64,000 nucleotides of DNA, from positions 186,001 to 250,000 of the forward strand of contig BCIN01000004.1 in assembly GCA_039545335.1 (NCBI GenBank), written 5' to 3'. Below are positions 13,321 through 26,800 of this stretch, piece after piece (the first letter of the stretch is position 1; every line of letters begins with the position of its first letter). Source of the stretch: Kondoa subrosea. Its lineage: Eukaryota. A program made the position numbers and the translations under genes. The notes beneath the pieces were generated by a model. That model was not told where the DNA came from. It was given only the letters and a program-made list of their open reading frames with translations, and did no database searches.

Positions 13321-15831
13321 ATGTCAAGAGCAACTCGTGGTCTATCAGGATCAGAGCCTTGTGCTGCTTGCAAGAGACGTAGAAGTAGATGTGAAACAGT
13401 TGTTGGGCAGGCTAGTTGCAAGGCTTGCCTATCCAGCAACACAGAATGTGATTTGGGTCTGGGTGAAGATATGCGCAGAGAATCAGTCACTGCCCTCAAA
13501 GTCAGTCACATAATCAAACACATGCACGATCAGAAATTTGACAATCGCATGAATGACAGCGGAAAGTGCAGCAATTGGAAGCAGAATTGGCAGCACTCAG
13601 ACGATACAGACTGGAGCGATCGAGGAATGATAGTCTTTCGAGTGCAGATTCGCCTTCGCCAGTTACACCTCATCTGGGCTCATCATCTTCGAGTGCTTCC
13701 CGCTTGCCTAATGTCGCAAAAGACGCATCACGAACTCAAGATGATCTTGTCGCTTTGACAGAAAAGTTGACAATCTCTCACACCGGCGAGGTCATCAGTC
13801 ATGGACCAAGTCAGTTGTCCGGAACATATACAACGATATTTTCTGAGTACTGATCAAACAGCGTCCAATCCTCTCCTGATTATCGACTCACCTCCCTCTA
13901 CTCCTGATCCTCGTCCGAGTACATGCCCTGCGCATTTTCTACCCAATGGAGCGACGCCTGAACTCGTGGAACATCTGCTTGGACTGTACTTCAGATGGGT
14001 ATTTCCTAATTCCAGTATCTTTCGGTAGATCGTCTCATAATTTTCTATAGCATCACACTTTTTTCCTACTCTTCTCAAAGCCAGCCTTTCTTTCTCAATT
14101 AGCGACAGGTGGGAAATACTGCACCCCTTTACTACTGAATGCAGTCTTAGCCTATGCCGTAAGTATCACTGCATCCTAATTTGACCTTTCACTGACATGT
14201 ATGTGATACATACCTTCAGTCAGCTATTTCCGATCGAATCGAACTTCGAAGCGATCCAGCAGATCCATCAACTTCAGGAGATGCTTTCATGCAAATGGCT
14301 CGCAACTTGATGGCTAGCGAAGTTTACGATAGACCTTCAGTAACTACTGTCGCTGCCATGAATTGTATGGCCAAAAGGGAAGCAGCTTTTGGTCGACCTA
14401 ATGTTGATATGTTTCCCTTCTCCTTCCCAGAAATAGGGTTTTGAAGCTGATATATACCATGCACGCTGGATATACAGTGGTATTGCTCACCGATTAGCTA
14501 TTGGTTTGGGTTTGCACATCGATCCCACGCCACTTGTTAGAGACGGACTCTTGACTGAAGAAGAAGCCAGAGTGAGGAAAATCTGCTTCTGGGGCTGTTA
14601 CGCAAAGGATAAAGTGAGTCATGGACATTTCGTTGCCTTGGTAGGCTCACAAAGTCACAGGCTTGGTCTGCTTATCTTGGACGGCCGGACGCAATTAGAT
14701 CAGAAACGGTTACTACGCCTAGAGTAGAAGATTGGACAGGTGAAGATGTGCCAGCGACCCATTCGTCAAGTCCAGAGTACACAAGCTTTCCTGGCCTGCT
14801 GCACGCTAACGTTATCTTTTATCGTTTTGTCGATCTCTGGTGCATTTTCAACACTATGCTACATCAACTCTACTTTTCGAAAGGCCATCTCGAACCGCAG
14901 AATAAACTAGTTCCTGCTCTCGCATTGGCAAAAGAAGTCGAAACCTGGCGAGCAGCTTTACCAGAATATGCTAGAATCAAAGAAGGCTTTAATGGACCAA
15001 TTATTATGCAGCTACAGTAAGCGGATGACAAGATGTTAATGCAACCACGCTCAAGGTTTTCCACACTTAGTATGCTTGCTGAAACTATTGTACTTCTGGC
15101 CTTCCGTCCACATCTAGATTGCAACAATGCTACACCATCACCGCGAAGTCGCTGTTTGACAGCAGCCAAAACAATATGTCGCTTTCTCCAGCAATATAAA
15201 ACCTATTTTGGCTTGTGAGTTACACTGTCCAGTCTAGCTATTTGAAACCTAAGACCAGAATTCCGACAGACGGATTGTTAGCCTGGTCATGATCTATGAA
15301 ATATCCAACGCGGCTACTATCTTCCTCTCCTTATCCCCTCTCCTTTCACAAGGAAAAACTCCGCAGACTCTAGCCGAATTAGTTGAAATCACCAATCTAC
15401 TTGAATTATGTATCTCTTCTCTAGAAGAAATAGGATCCAACGGTTGGAAATCAGCTACACGAGCAGCTAAAGGCTTAAGACAATTGCAAAAACAACAAGA
15501 ACAGCAACAACAGCAGCAGCAGCAGCAAGCTGTACGACAACTTCCGCCTCCTTCTCTACTTCAATCTTCTGAATCTGTTCCACCAATTCAAATACCTTCT
15601 TCTTCTTCTTCCCTTGCTGCTCAAGGAATGAGTCTAGGTGGATTTGAAGAACCTTTTGGTCGATCTCCACCTATTCTACCAGCGCAGTATCATTTCGATC
15701 CTTTTCAACAGCAACAAGATTATCATTGGCAATTATCTTTTCAAGAAGATCCCAATTCAGTCAGTGTAGAAGGAGAGGATCCAATGTTGTTCAGCGCACC
15801 GGCAAATAGTACTGGACCGTGGATGTTTTGA
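13321..15831 (+). CDS. Zn(II)2Cys6 transcription factor with fungal-specific TF domain
   Basis: CAACKRRRSRC...CKACLSSNTEC cluster; HLLGLYFRW, YCTPLLLNAVLA, GWIYSGIAHRLAIGLGLH, RKICFWGCYAKDK, LGRP; polyQ tail. Confidence 0.9.
14407..14464 (+). other. Non-canonical AT-AC intron (58 nt)
   Basis: G|atatgt...gctgat...atgcac|GC TGG restores NVGWIYSGIAHR. Confidence 0.8.
15493..15528 (+). repeat. CAA/CAG trinucleotide repeat (polyQ) in the TF
   Basis: caacaagaacagcaacaacagcagcagcagcagcaa. Confidence 0.8.
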
Positions 15832-16273
15832 GCAAATCTTGACAGCGCAAATAGAACGCGTGCATTAGACAGGGAGAGTGTTTGAGGATATGTGCATGGA
15901 TTGGAGCCAGCAGGCGAAAACTTAGGGTTGTTGAGAATGTATGATAGGGATGTATGCAGCAACAAGAGATTGCTAATACAGCCGAAAATGTAGAGATTCA
16001 GAGTGTAGCGCAATGAACAACCATTGATCGAGATTTCGATTGCGCATTGTTGCACAAAGGAGAATAAGAATGGAATCAATAAGCAGAGAAGAAGGGTGAC
16101 TCTGGCAACACAGCTTTTCTCTCTCTCTCGGAACAAAATTAGAGTGAAATCAAAAAGATGATACAAAATTTAGAGAGCCAGAAAACCCCTTTGCAGAACA
16201 CAGACACAACAAGCTCTTGCTCTTTTGACCAAAAGACAAAACCCGAGATGAAAAACAGAAGAGAAGATTTGAT

Positions 16274-17136
16274 TTATTCTTCGTCGCTCGCGGCCTGTAC
16301 AACGTCGGCATGATCGAATGAGTACAGACTCAAACAGAGCGAGAACCGAAACTGTACCTTTTCTTCTGCTGAAGCTTCATCTTCGGAAGCAGCCTTCTTC
16401 TTGGACTTCTTACTGCGAGAGATGATTCAACATTGTGAACGACAGGTATGAGAAGCAAGAACATACGGTGCTGCCTTCTTCTTTTCCTTTTTAGCTGTTC
16501 GATCAAGAAGTACATTATCAGATGAATTCTGACACGAGACTTTCGCAATGACGAACGAGCAGCTTCAACACCGTTCTCTGTAGTCATTGCAGTCAGTAAG
16601 GGTCTTGTTGATCTTACGGTAAGACGAACCTTCATCATACTTGGCTTTAGCTTCGGTATATCGTTCCTTGTCAGCTTCAGCTTGTTCTTGGTAAGGTGCT
16701 GGATAGACTCCAAGCATCAGCAAGGTGGCACAAGGTGATGCGATGCGGTGGAACTAACCCTTGTCCTAAATCGCCGCAGCAGAGATTGAGTCCTTGTATT
16801 GGGGTGTGGCAATTCAGCGTACCTCCTCAGACATAGCAGACCATTCTAGAAGAGAATCAGCATTATACCTTCCACGGTAGGGCAAAGAACAGACTGGCTC
16901 CAATCAATTTGCCAATCTCACCAAAACCAGCGTCCGGGTTCTCAGCTTTAACTTCTTCCCTTGCATCTTTAGAGAAGAACATGTAGGCAGATAAAGCTCT
17001 CTTTGGTGCATTAGGATCCTTCCTGTTGACGTGTAACACAAGCATAAGTTGTTGTTTTCGTGAGAACAGAAAATGAAAGAAGGACGCGCTTCTTGGTCTC
17101 CTTCTTCTCTCCTTTTGGTTTAGTTTCTTTAGGCAT
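16274..17136 (-). CDS. NHP6: Non-histone HMG-box protein Nhp6 with basic/acidic C-terminal extension
   Basis: MPKETK...[67 protein letters not shown]; several small exons. Confidence 0.92.
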
Positions 17137-18545
17137 GTTGATGTACTCTGTTAGTAGAAGAGATCGAGGGGATGAGTATTTGGTCGGTCACAACAACAAA
17201 GTGAGTGCCGAAAATCGAGGCTTACAAGGTAAAGAACGTTGGGAAGCTTGTTTTGATTGATCTAGATAAGGATGATACAAGGCTCTGTTGATGGCAGAGC
17301 ATGGTAGAGAGATGGCACGAGTGAGAGCAACGAAACATGGGGGACAAGCAAAACAAAGCCAGAGAATGCGTGGAAATGGCGTTGAAAGGCGTTAAGAAGT
17401 AAGGGAAGATGGATAGAGGCATAGTTAGCACTTGATAAATTTTGACATGGGTGAAGAACAACAACTCACGCGTCAACACTTGATTTGGCTCAGCACTTGG
17501 GATGCGGGTGAGCGCAAAGGGGAGCGAAAATGGCTGGGAGAATCCAAAGGGAGTGGCGAATTATGTGAAATGTCTGTCACCCTCAGTGACGCTTTCCTTC
17601 TTTCCCCTCTTTCTCCTCTTTCGACGAAGGCTTCTGCTTCTCTGCTGTCTCAAGATTGTTATCTTAGACTTTCGAAATCAGACCATGCAATCTTCTTCTC
17701 CGATTTCTTCATCATTCTGCTGAGGATGACCATATTGCTAACTCGTTTACCGCGATTCATCTCTTTTCGCTTCCACTTCGCGCTTGCATTCTGCGAGAGT
17801 CTCACGCGACGGTATCCTCCAATCGCTCCTCGCTGTGATGCCTTCCCTTGCGCTTCCTGGATGAACATAACTATATGTAACAATCTTCTCCTCACAGACT
17901 CGTTCTTTTCGCTGCTCTGTTCCTCGTCACGACCTCGATCACCTATGGTCAATGATGCTTTGCTTTAAAGATCCTTGCGATGAAGTTGCAGCGCTTTCAT
18001 GCTCTTTCTCTTGCATCTCAGTATATGTCTCCTCTATGTCCAGACTACTGATGCACACGGTAGAACAGTGCGAGTTTTGCCCAATCCGGTTCCATTGTCC
18101 TTGCAAGCTAGCTATCTGGATGTGTTTCTTTCGGTAGCAGTTATTTCCAGTCTCTACATTCACACCTCACTAAAACCACGCTGTTCTGGTACCTCAGTAT
18201 ATTTATATGAAGGCCTAAACCAGGCGCATTAAGATCATGAATAACGAGGGATGCATTTGGTTTTTGCGACGATTACAAATTTTTACTCTCTAACGGTGAG
18301 AGAACCGGATCTTGTGCTTAAATAGAAGCTTGCTTAATAGTACAACATATAAATAAATAGAAAACCTCTTCCATCTTGGAGGGCCAACAAACAAAAACGA
18401 ATGACGCCAAAACAAAAATACCTACCCAACTTTCCTTATACTTCTCCTACTGAACCAAACGACAAATACAGATGCACTTCAAAAAAAGAAGAGAATGGTG
18501 TGAAGGTCAAAAGAAACAAAGGAACCAGCCTTTATTCCGTCTTCC

Positions 18546-20292
18546 TTATATAGCAGACCAAACATCTTCATTCCGAGGAGAAGGTTGTGATGAATTGCCT
18601 TCTCCTTCAACAACAACATCATCGGGTCCAATATTCGTTTGTTTGCCGCTGTTCCCATTCAAGCGGTGTAAGAGTTCTTGAATCTCGATCCCTTCTTCAT
18701 CTAAACGAACTTTGGTTGCCCTATGAGGCCACCATTCCGGATAAGCATTCTGTTGCTCTATCGGCTCCGATTGATGTTGATGCTCTTCTTGTTGATGACA
18801 TCTCGAAGGGAACGTATAAGAAGGGGAAGGTGGAACAAAAGGTGAAATCATGTCCAATTCCGCTTCGGTTGGGAAAGCAGCTTGGGAGAAAAGTTGCGGT
18901 TGTGATTGAGAGAAAGGTAAAGAAGCTGGTGTGTACATTGGCGTTCCATGCGCTAAGTGCTGCTGTCCGGGAAGTGGAATGGAAAGATCACCGCCGAAAC
19001 AAGTTGGAACTTGCCAATTAGTCGGATCATCTGCAATATATGACTGGGCCGGTGAGTTCGTTGCTGTTTGTGCAGAGTTCATCCAATTGTCAAACAGAGG
19101 TAAAGTGGGTTGCATGAGAGTGGGAAATTGCTGGCTTTGTGAAGAATAATGTTGTTCTAGCTGAGAAGCAAATAGCGACTGATCTCTCATCCGCTGTTCT
19201 TCTTGATGCTGCTGATTCTGCTGATTCTGTTCTTCGTTCATGTTCCAAATTGCGTTCAGCTGAGCTTTCACTTCCGGAATCGATTTAGGTGTATCATCGG
19301 TTAGTGGGAACATGGGAGATTCAGATTCTTCATTGCCTTCAAGCGACATGCCAGCCAAAGCAGTTGACGGCGTAGATGGAGCACTTCTTTGAGCTGATCG
19401 AGTTGCCCTTTTGGCAGGTGCAGTAGAAGGACGAGAGCGAGCAGAAGAAGAAACAGTTCGAGTCTTCTGAGTAGATACTGAACCATCTTTACTCTTGTCA
19501 GTCTTCTTCTTTGGCCTAAACTTGTATCCTGTTTTTCAGAAAAGTAATGTCCGAATCAGGTCAGTGTCCCGATGAATTTCTGGAAGGAAAAAAAAAGCTT
19601 ACCTGGATACTGAGCATCATGTTCTTGCTTCCTGTATTGGGCCTGCAACTCATACTTCCTCTTGACTTCCGGTGCTTCAGCTCTCCATCTCTCCCCAATC
19701 ATCTTTGACAATTCAGCTTGAGGCGTTTTGATGACCGTCTTTGTTTCTTTGATTTCAAGCAACTTGTCTGATCTATATAAGATCCATGCATTAGGAGGAC
19801 GAGCAATTTTAACCTCTTTTTTGACCGGCAAAATTTCAGGTGAAGATAAATCGTAAGTTAAAGGAGTGATAGGTGAATCCAGACGATCAGAAGTAGCGCT
19901 TGCAGCTGAAGAGAAAGGGAATTCGCTGTCGACCAGAGAAGGCGTATTGAGTCCAGACGGGAGTCCAGAAGTGAGGGAAGAATAGCCTGAATCGGGCGCT
20001 TGAAGATAGAGTTGCTGTTGCCAATCGATGTAGGCATCAGTTGTCCCGTTATACGAGGTAGGGACTGGATGAGAAATGGTAGGAATATTGAAGGCAAAAT
20101 AGCCTTCGCCTGCAGAAGCAGGTGGCTGCGGGATCGCATAGTCCATAAATTGTTCCGCATCAGCAAAGGTTGTTGAAGTTGGAGGAGCTGTTGATGGTCT
20201 GCGAAGATTGCCGTAATCTGACAACAGTAAAGGATCAGTCAGCGTAAATCACATAAGCACCCGGTCGACAAACCTAAAGTGGCGAACGACAT
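18546..20292 (-). CDS. Sequence-specific MATA/SOX-type HMG-box transcription factor
   Basis: KIARPPNAWILYRSDK...PQAELSKMIGERWRAEAPEVKRKYELQAQYRKQEHDAQYP|GYKFRPK; flanked by S/P/Q-rich regions. Confidence 0.88.
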
Positions 20293-21310
20293 GTTTTGGT
20301 ATAATGCAATTTTGCTCTTGGTGGTGGTGACGAGTAGATCTGCTGCTGCAAGGATGCTGACAGGCAACAACAATGTTCCAAGCGTTCAAGCTGCAGATCT
20401 TCTTATGGGAACCGGGAAAGATAAGCCTTGCAAGTCGCGCTCTGAAGACCCAATTAGGACCAATTAAGCTTCAACAAGGTTGGATGACAGCGAGAGATCT
20501 GTTCACCTTGGAATTGGCTCGTTGGTAGAGTACAAGAGCTGACGGTCAAACACCGCAGAAGGAGTCAGCAGCAGGAATCCCATCGCGGACAGGCGAGCGT
20601 CGAGACAGAGAGCCAAGAACCGGTCACGTCGATCCCAGCCGCTTAATTCTCTGGGGATGACAAAAAAATCACCGAGCCGAACAAAAAGCGTTACCAAGCA
20701 CGTTGTAGGATCGTAGCTGATAACGCATGAGGATAACAAGGATCTGCAGGCTTATATGAGGAGAATGTTATATTTCGAGAAAACTCAGAGAAATTGTTGG
20801 CAAGACGCAAGACGCAGATCTCGCTAGCAAGACAGTCACAATGGAAAAGTGACCTGCATCGAGCAGATCCCAGATTGGTAATCAGTAAAAGCTAGACAGA
20901 GACCCGCTGCCGAAACCTGGACTAGTGAGAAAATCTGGCCGGATGCGCCGCGCATAGACATTCACAATTCTCATTGTTACATCACCATAAACAAGCAAGT
21001 TGGACGTCGATAGATCGCAAATCAGAAAATGACCAAAAGTGGACACTGTCGAATCCCGTACTACTGGGAAGAGACTTTTTCCCCTCCTCTCCGCGAAAGG
21101 CCGCCGTAAGGAATATTGGCATTCTTGAGGCCCAGAGCAAGCCAAGAAAAGCGTGACAGCGGGAGAGGAGCAATTCGGCGAGGTGCGAAAGTGAAATGTC
21201 CGCTCCACAGAGAAGTGGTGAATTTCGTCGCGGGATTGTGTGATAGGCAGTTCCTGCTGATGGCTGCTCTAGCTCTTGCGCCCTAAAGGGTTGGGCTATC
21301 ATCAGGTTGT

Positions 21311-21337
21311 TTGGGTTAACTTAGGGTTAACTTAAGG
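21311..21337. repeat. Short telomere-like tandem (TTAGGGTTAAC-type) in a divergent promoter
   Basis: ttgggttaacttagggttaacttaagg; nearby ccctaaagggttggg. Confidence 0.5.
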
Positions 21338-21423
21338 AGCTCGCTTGTGATGTTGAGTGAGAATGGACCATCTGTCAACGTCCATCTAGACTTGAGTAGA
21401 TACCCGCGTGCAACAAGAACAGC

Positions 21424-22977
21424 ATGAGCAAACAAGAGGAAGAAGGCGGAGCTATTCCGCAAGCTCAGAAAGCATCATGGAGCACATTCCTCAAGCAGTG
21501 CGTTCGAGGCTGGCTAGATCTGAGTGTGTAGAGGTCTCATAGATGATTCAAACAGAATCGCAAGCTCAAAGGGAGATCTGTCTTCGATGACTGCCCCTAG
21601 TTTCATTCTATCGTGAGCTTCTATCCGCAGCTCAGAACTCGGTCTTAACGTCTCGTGTCCTGTCTAGGCCAACATCATTGACTGAGTTCTCCGCTTATTG
21701 GTGCGAGCCAACAGAGGAATTCCTTGCAATCAGCGCTGGGACCGATGCTGAAGATCGCATGCTAAGGTCTGCAGTAGTTTGGCTATCATCTAGCGGTTTG
21801 GATTGATTGTGATCTACTTGCAGAGTACTCAAGTGGTTCATTTGCACTCTACGAGGTCAATACACTGCCAGAGAAACTCAGACCGGTAGTGAGAAGAAGG
21901 TAAGGCTGATGTATACAGGCTTCATCGATATTATCTGAAACCTCACTCCTCTAGCCTTTGAATCCTATTCTTGGTGAATTGCATCTTGGCGAATGGGAAA
22001 CTTCCAAAGGTCCTACGAAGTTGGTTAGCGAGCAAGTCTCTCATCACCCTCCTATCACGTAAGCGAGGGTTCCCAAAGATTCATAGTCGTATGCTCACGT
22101 CAGCGAGTGATTTAGTGCCTATCATATTTCTAATGAGCAAGCTGGAGTAGCGTTGCAAGGTCATTGTGGTCAGAAGACTTCTTTCGGAGGCAAGACCATC
22201 AGCGTCAGACAAGTTGGACATGCTCTACTGACTGTCAAATTGCCAAGCGGAGAAACGGAGAAATACCTCATCACTCTACCTAAACTGCGAATCGAAGGAT
22301 TATGGTACGGAGCGCCGTACATCGAATTGAGCGAATCTTCCTACATTCAATCTACTTCTGGATATCACGCTGCTATTGCTTATTCAGGCAAAGGTTACTT
22401 CTCTGGCAAATCCCATACTTTCTCCGCTTCCGTTTCCTCTCAACCATCAACTTCAAGTAAAGATGCTCTATACGTCGTTGAAGGTCAATGGACTGAATCT
22501 TCCAAATACTCCAAAGGCACCAAAGGTTCCAAAGCTAAAGAAGGTCAACCGTTCCTTGATGTTAGCCGAAGCGCACCAGGTTGGAAATCATTGAACGTCA
22601 AACCTGTGAGCGAACAAGGTCCAATGGAAAGTCGAAGAGTTTGGTACGATGTAGCAGAAGGAATCAAGAAGGGCATGTTTGATGATGCTACTGCTGCAAA
22701 GATGAAGTTGGAGAACGATCAGAGGCAGAAGAGGAAAGATGAACAGGCGTCTGGTCAAACTTGGCAATTGCAGAGGTTTACTTTAGTCAACGATGATGCT
22801 GATTGTAAGTCAATTGGTTCGATAGGTATCAGCCTTGAGCTGACATTCTTTTACAGATCGAACATTGGCCAAGGCTTTCGGAGGAGACGTTCGTCTTTCT
22901 CCCGAGTGATGACGAATTTCCGCTGACTTTCGTCTCCATAGCCATCCACTCAAGACTCATATCATTTCAAGGCATAG
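21424..22977 (+). CDS. KES1: Oxysterol-binding protein (Osh4/Kes1 type)
   Basis: [65 protein letters not shown]. Confidence 0.92.
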
Positions 22978-23383
22978 AAGCATTTCCTTTTCTCCTCGTA
23001 ATACGTCGTCTCTCTCTTTTGCTGTGTTCTTTTATACAAATATACAATGTAATTTCCTTCTCATATGTTCTTGACGACATCGCTTTCGCTTCTTCTTCGG
23101 ACTCTTCTTCCTTGAATCGAATGTCACCTTAGTCAAAGGATCATGCTTGCTCCATTATATACATCATCGCGCGCAAGAACAAAGTGAGTACTGGGGCTGT
23201 TTGCAGGTGCCAGGCAATTGATCTGGAATATTTTCGTTCGAACGCTTTTGCGCTACAACTTTCCTCTCGTCTCTCATCCTCGCGTTCTTGAACGTATTCA
23301 AAGTCTTCGGTAGGTACGGAATGGATCATCAACCTTGTCCAAACTATCGGTTGCGCATGATGTACACATATGAGGCTGAGCTG

Positions 23384-23649
23384 TTATTTCACTGCCTCAG
23401 TTGTATTATCATGTACTAAACAAGCTAAGGTAAATTGACTGTTCTGCCTAATCAAGAGTTTCCGTCTGCAGAGACAAGCAAAGCATGAGCTACACATATA
23501 GCAAAAGCGTTCATACGCACGACTGATCCCAAGCTATAGCTATCGTCTTGTCTTCGAGCCTTTGCGACGCAGCGAGATCAGGCGTGGATGATTCTTCAGC
23601 TTCAACAGCTGCTGCTTTGTTGGCTGCTGCAAGTACTTGAGCTGACATG
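23384..23649 (-). CDS. Possible short hypothetical protein or gene fragment
   Basis: MSAQVLAAANKAAAVEAEESSTPDLAASQRLEDKTIAIAWDQS followed by a GT-AG intron; downstream structure ambiguous. Confidence 0.3.
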
Positions 23650-23879
23650 GATCCATTCAGTCCCTATCTCCTCATAAGACTTTTAAATGAAGGTAGAAGC
23701 TTGAAGCTTACACCGCTTGTGGACAGTAGATTGCTGTTCTGATCCATCAGCAAATAGCCTAGGCAGTTTGGTGCCAATTCTTCGAGGACGGCATTGAACG
23801 AGATCATCCTCCTCCCCTGCAAACGCGGAGAAACAACCAAGAAATAAACATGCGTTGACCAAAACGAGCAAGACGCAGA

Positions 23880-26800
23880 ATGAAAGGCATTGCGGATGGC
23901 TGGACTCACGTGCAAGCGTTGCTGGAAGATACCACGGAAGCCTCGCTACCGTTTGAACTCTGGGATATACTTTCGCAGTCGCTGAATGAGAAAGAGCAAG
24001 AGCGGTTTGTCATTGCAATTGAAGCTCAAGGGACAGCTAGAAGTGTGCTATGCTGGGCGAAGAAGAGTAACAGCAAGTCACAAGTCAGCCTTTTAGGATG
24101 TTACAAACGTATAACAGAGCTCATGCATGTGTTCAGTCATTACCGGTTATTCCTCTTGAATTGGGCAAAAGGCTAGGCGCCTTTACAGAGCAAAAGCAGC
24201 TTTCTTGTCGTCTTCGCTGCACAAATCTTCTTCCGCTTCATCATCTTGTTCTTCTTCCTCAGACCGACGCTGCATACCAATTTGCCCAAACCTCCTCAGC
24301 CGAGCTGGCTAGTAGTCTTTCCGCCAATTCGCGAATCTTGCGGCAAGACAATGTGGTGACAATTGTAGAGGAGGCATCACAGAAGAAGTCTGCTCACAGC
24401 TACCAGATCGCACTGACAGAGCCAGTACTACAAGGCTTCTATGACATACAACGTACCAGCTTCACAGCTATTGCTCCTCCTACTATCATCTCAAATGGCG
24501 CAGCAGATGTGTCAAACGGAACAGAAGAGGAGCAAGACATGGAAGACTTTGTGGGAGACATCTCGGTTGACGAATCGTTTCTCGCTCAAGACTTCAATAA
24601 TAATCTCTGGCTATCGACTGAACAGCCAAAGTCGCATTCAAATGCACTACAATATCAGCCCAGCAGTCCTTCTGTGAAATTGCCTGTCAAAGACAGGTCA
24701 TGGCAAGATTGCGTATGTCTTCCTCTTAGATCACCAATAGATCCATTATTATACATGAGTACCCCTTCCGAAGCTACCTGGGACAGCAAATGTGATGTAT
24801 TTATTCGAAGCCAAGATTTGCTCAGGCTACATCTTTTCGCTGGCGACTTCGTTCTGCTCAAGTCAAAGAATGCGACAGAGTCAGAAGGACATCTCGCACG
24901 AATTTGGGCATGTGATCTGATCTTCTCACGCTACACCTTGTCCTCAAATGAAGCTAGCCTCCCATTCTTGCTCTTACCACCTCTTCTGCTACACAACCTG
25001 AATCCATCTGATTGCGCACCAAGCGAAGCATGTCAAATTATCCCGCTACGATCTTTCGACTCCAAAAGAATTCCAACGGCGAAAAGTATTACTGTGGCTC
25101 GAATCGCTTCACCTGTTTCTACCTTCAAAATATACGAACCTCTCTTCTTTCGAGCTCTCCAAAATTTCTTCGAACAGGATGGAGGCAAGAGATTGGTTCA
25201 AGAAGGTGATATGATAGCTGTTGGTATCAACGAAGGAGAAGCAAGATGGGCTGAAGAAGCTTCTTGGCAGTCAGTTTCTTCCTCTTATTCATTGCACCTA
25301 TACTGAAGCTATATATGTACATAGACTCCCAAGCACTTCTCTTCTATCGCCTACTAAGCTTGTCTATTTCCTCATCACTTCCGTTTCGCTTTCTTCTCGT
25401 CGGTCAGAATCAGCCTATGCGATCGAGAATGGAGAATTTGGTTCTTTCGCCATTGTAGGAGAAACCAAACTCGTTCAATCCGGTTTAGAGAAAAGCATCA
25501 AACCTTCCGAACCATCAAGTGGTTTATCTTCTTTCCTTGGTCTCAAATCTTTCAAGGGAGAACTGCTCTTACCTCAATTAGTCGAATATCTTGCAGCTGC
25601 TTTGTCCGAACAAGCCTCGTTACTTGATCTCACGTTATCGATTCTGGTCAAGGGAGGGAAAGGATCAGGAAAGAAGACGGCCTTGAAACTTGCTGCTGCT
25701 AGGGTTGGGATGGAGAGTATGGTGATTGACTGTTTTGATTTGTTGGGAGAATCGGAAACAAAGACCGAAGGCTTGATCAGAGCTAGAGTGGATCGTGCGA
25801 TAGAGAGTGCTCCTTGTTTGTTGGTCTTAACGAATGTGGAAGCGCTGGCTAGAAAAGCTCAAACAGTAGAGAATGGTCAAGGTGAGCTGCTCTTTTGATA
25901 GAAGGGAAGAAGGCAATTTTGATGAGATTAGCAGATCCACCAACTGTTTTGGTGCTTCAAGATTGCTTGAACCTGCTCAAAAGCAGCTGGCGAGAAACAA
26001 GATGGCCTGTCATACTTGCTGCAACTACTTCAGATGTTGATAAGCTGCCCGCAAGTGTTCTGAGCTGTTTCAAGTCTGAGTTCTCGATAGAGGTAAGCTT
26101 TCCTTTTGTGACCTTGTACTCGCGCTAAACGAATTGAATGACAGGCACCAGATGAAGCTACACGTCTGAAAATGCTCAAAAGCATAGTGGAAGAGGATGT
26201 CTTATCGCCTGATGTGTCTTTACGAAATATTGCGGTTCAGAGTGCTGCTTTATTGGCAGGCGACCTTGTTGATTTGGTCAGTCGAGCTCGTCTAGCTGCG
26301 TTCAAGAGGGCACAAGAGTACGAGTAAGCTATCACCGGCCATGTTCCTTAGTAGTGCTGACAATTTGTGAAGTGCATACAGCGATTTGCCATCATTCGAT
26401 CTACAAGCAGCGGGTCTTGCTCTGACTGGCGCTGACTTCTCGTCTGCGATGGACAAAGCTCGAGCTTCCTATTCTGAATCCATTGGAGCTCCCAAGATTC
26501 CTAATGTCACTTGGGACGATGTTGGCGGTTTGGCATCAGTCAAAGCCGATATTCTGGATACCATTCAACTTCCTCTAGAACATCCTGAACTCTTTGCTGA
26601 AGGTCTCAAGAAACGATCTGGTATTCTGCTCTACGGTCCACCAGGAACAGGCAAGACTTTGCTCGCCAAAGCAGTTGCTACTTCTTGCAGTCTCAACTTC
26701 TTTTCCGTCAAGGGTCCAGAACTGCTCAACATGTATATTGGTGAATCCGAAGCCAATGTTCGAAGAGTGTTCCAGCGAGCAAGAGATGCGAAACCTTGCT

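Noticed and set aside
14411..14477. Canonical GT-AG alternative for the TF intron
   Set aside because: It is in frame but has a poor donor (gtttcc) and deletes the conserved W-x-Y-S residues; it could still be a minor isoform.
17950..18052. Possible C/D-box snoRNA (aatgatg...ctga)
   Set aside because: The C box is imperfect and I could not identify an rRNA-antisense guide or terminal stem; it would need an Infernal/snoscan run.
18546..20292. HMG-box gene as a mating-type locus
   Set aside because: No pheromone, STE3 receptor, homeodomain or other MAT-linked genes were recognised in the window.
21311..21337. True or interstitial telomere tract
   Set aside because: Only about two imperfect units, within gene-dense sequence.
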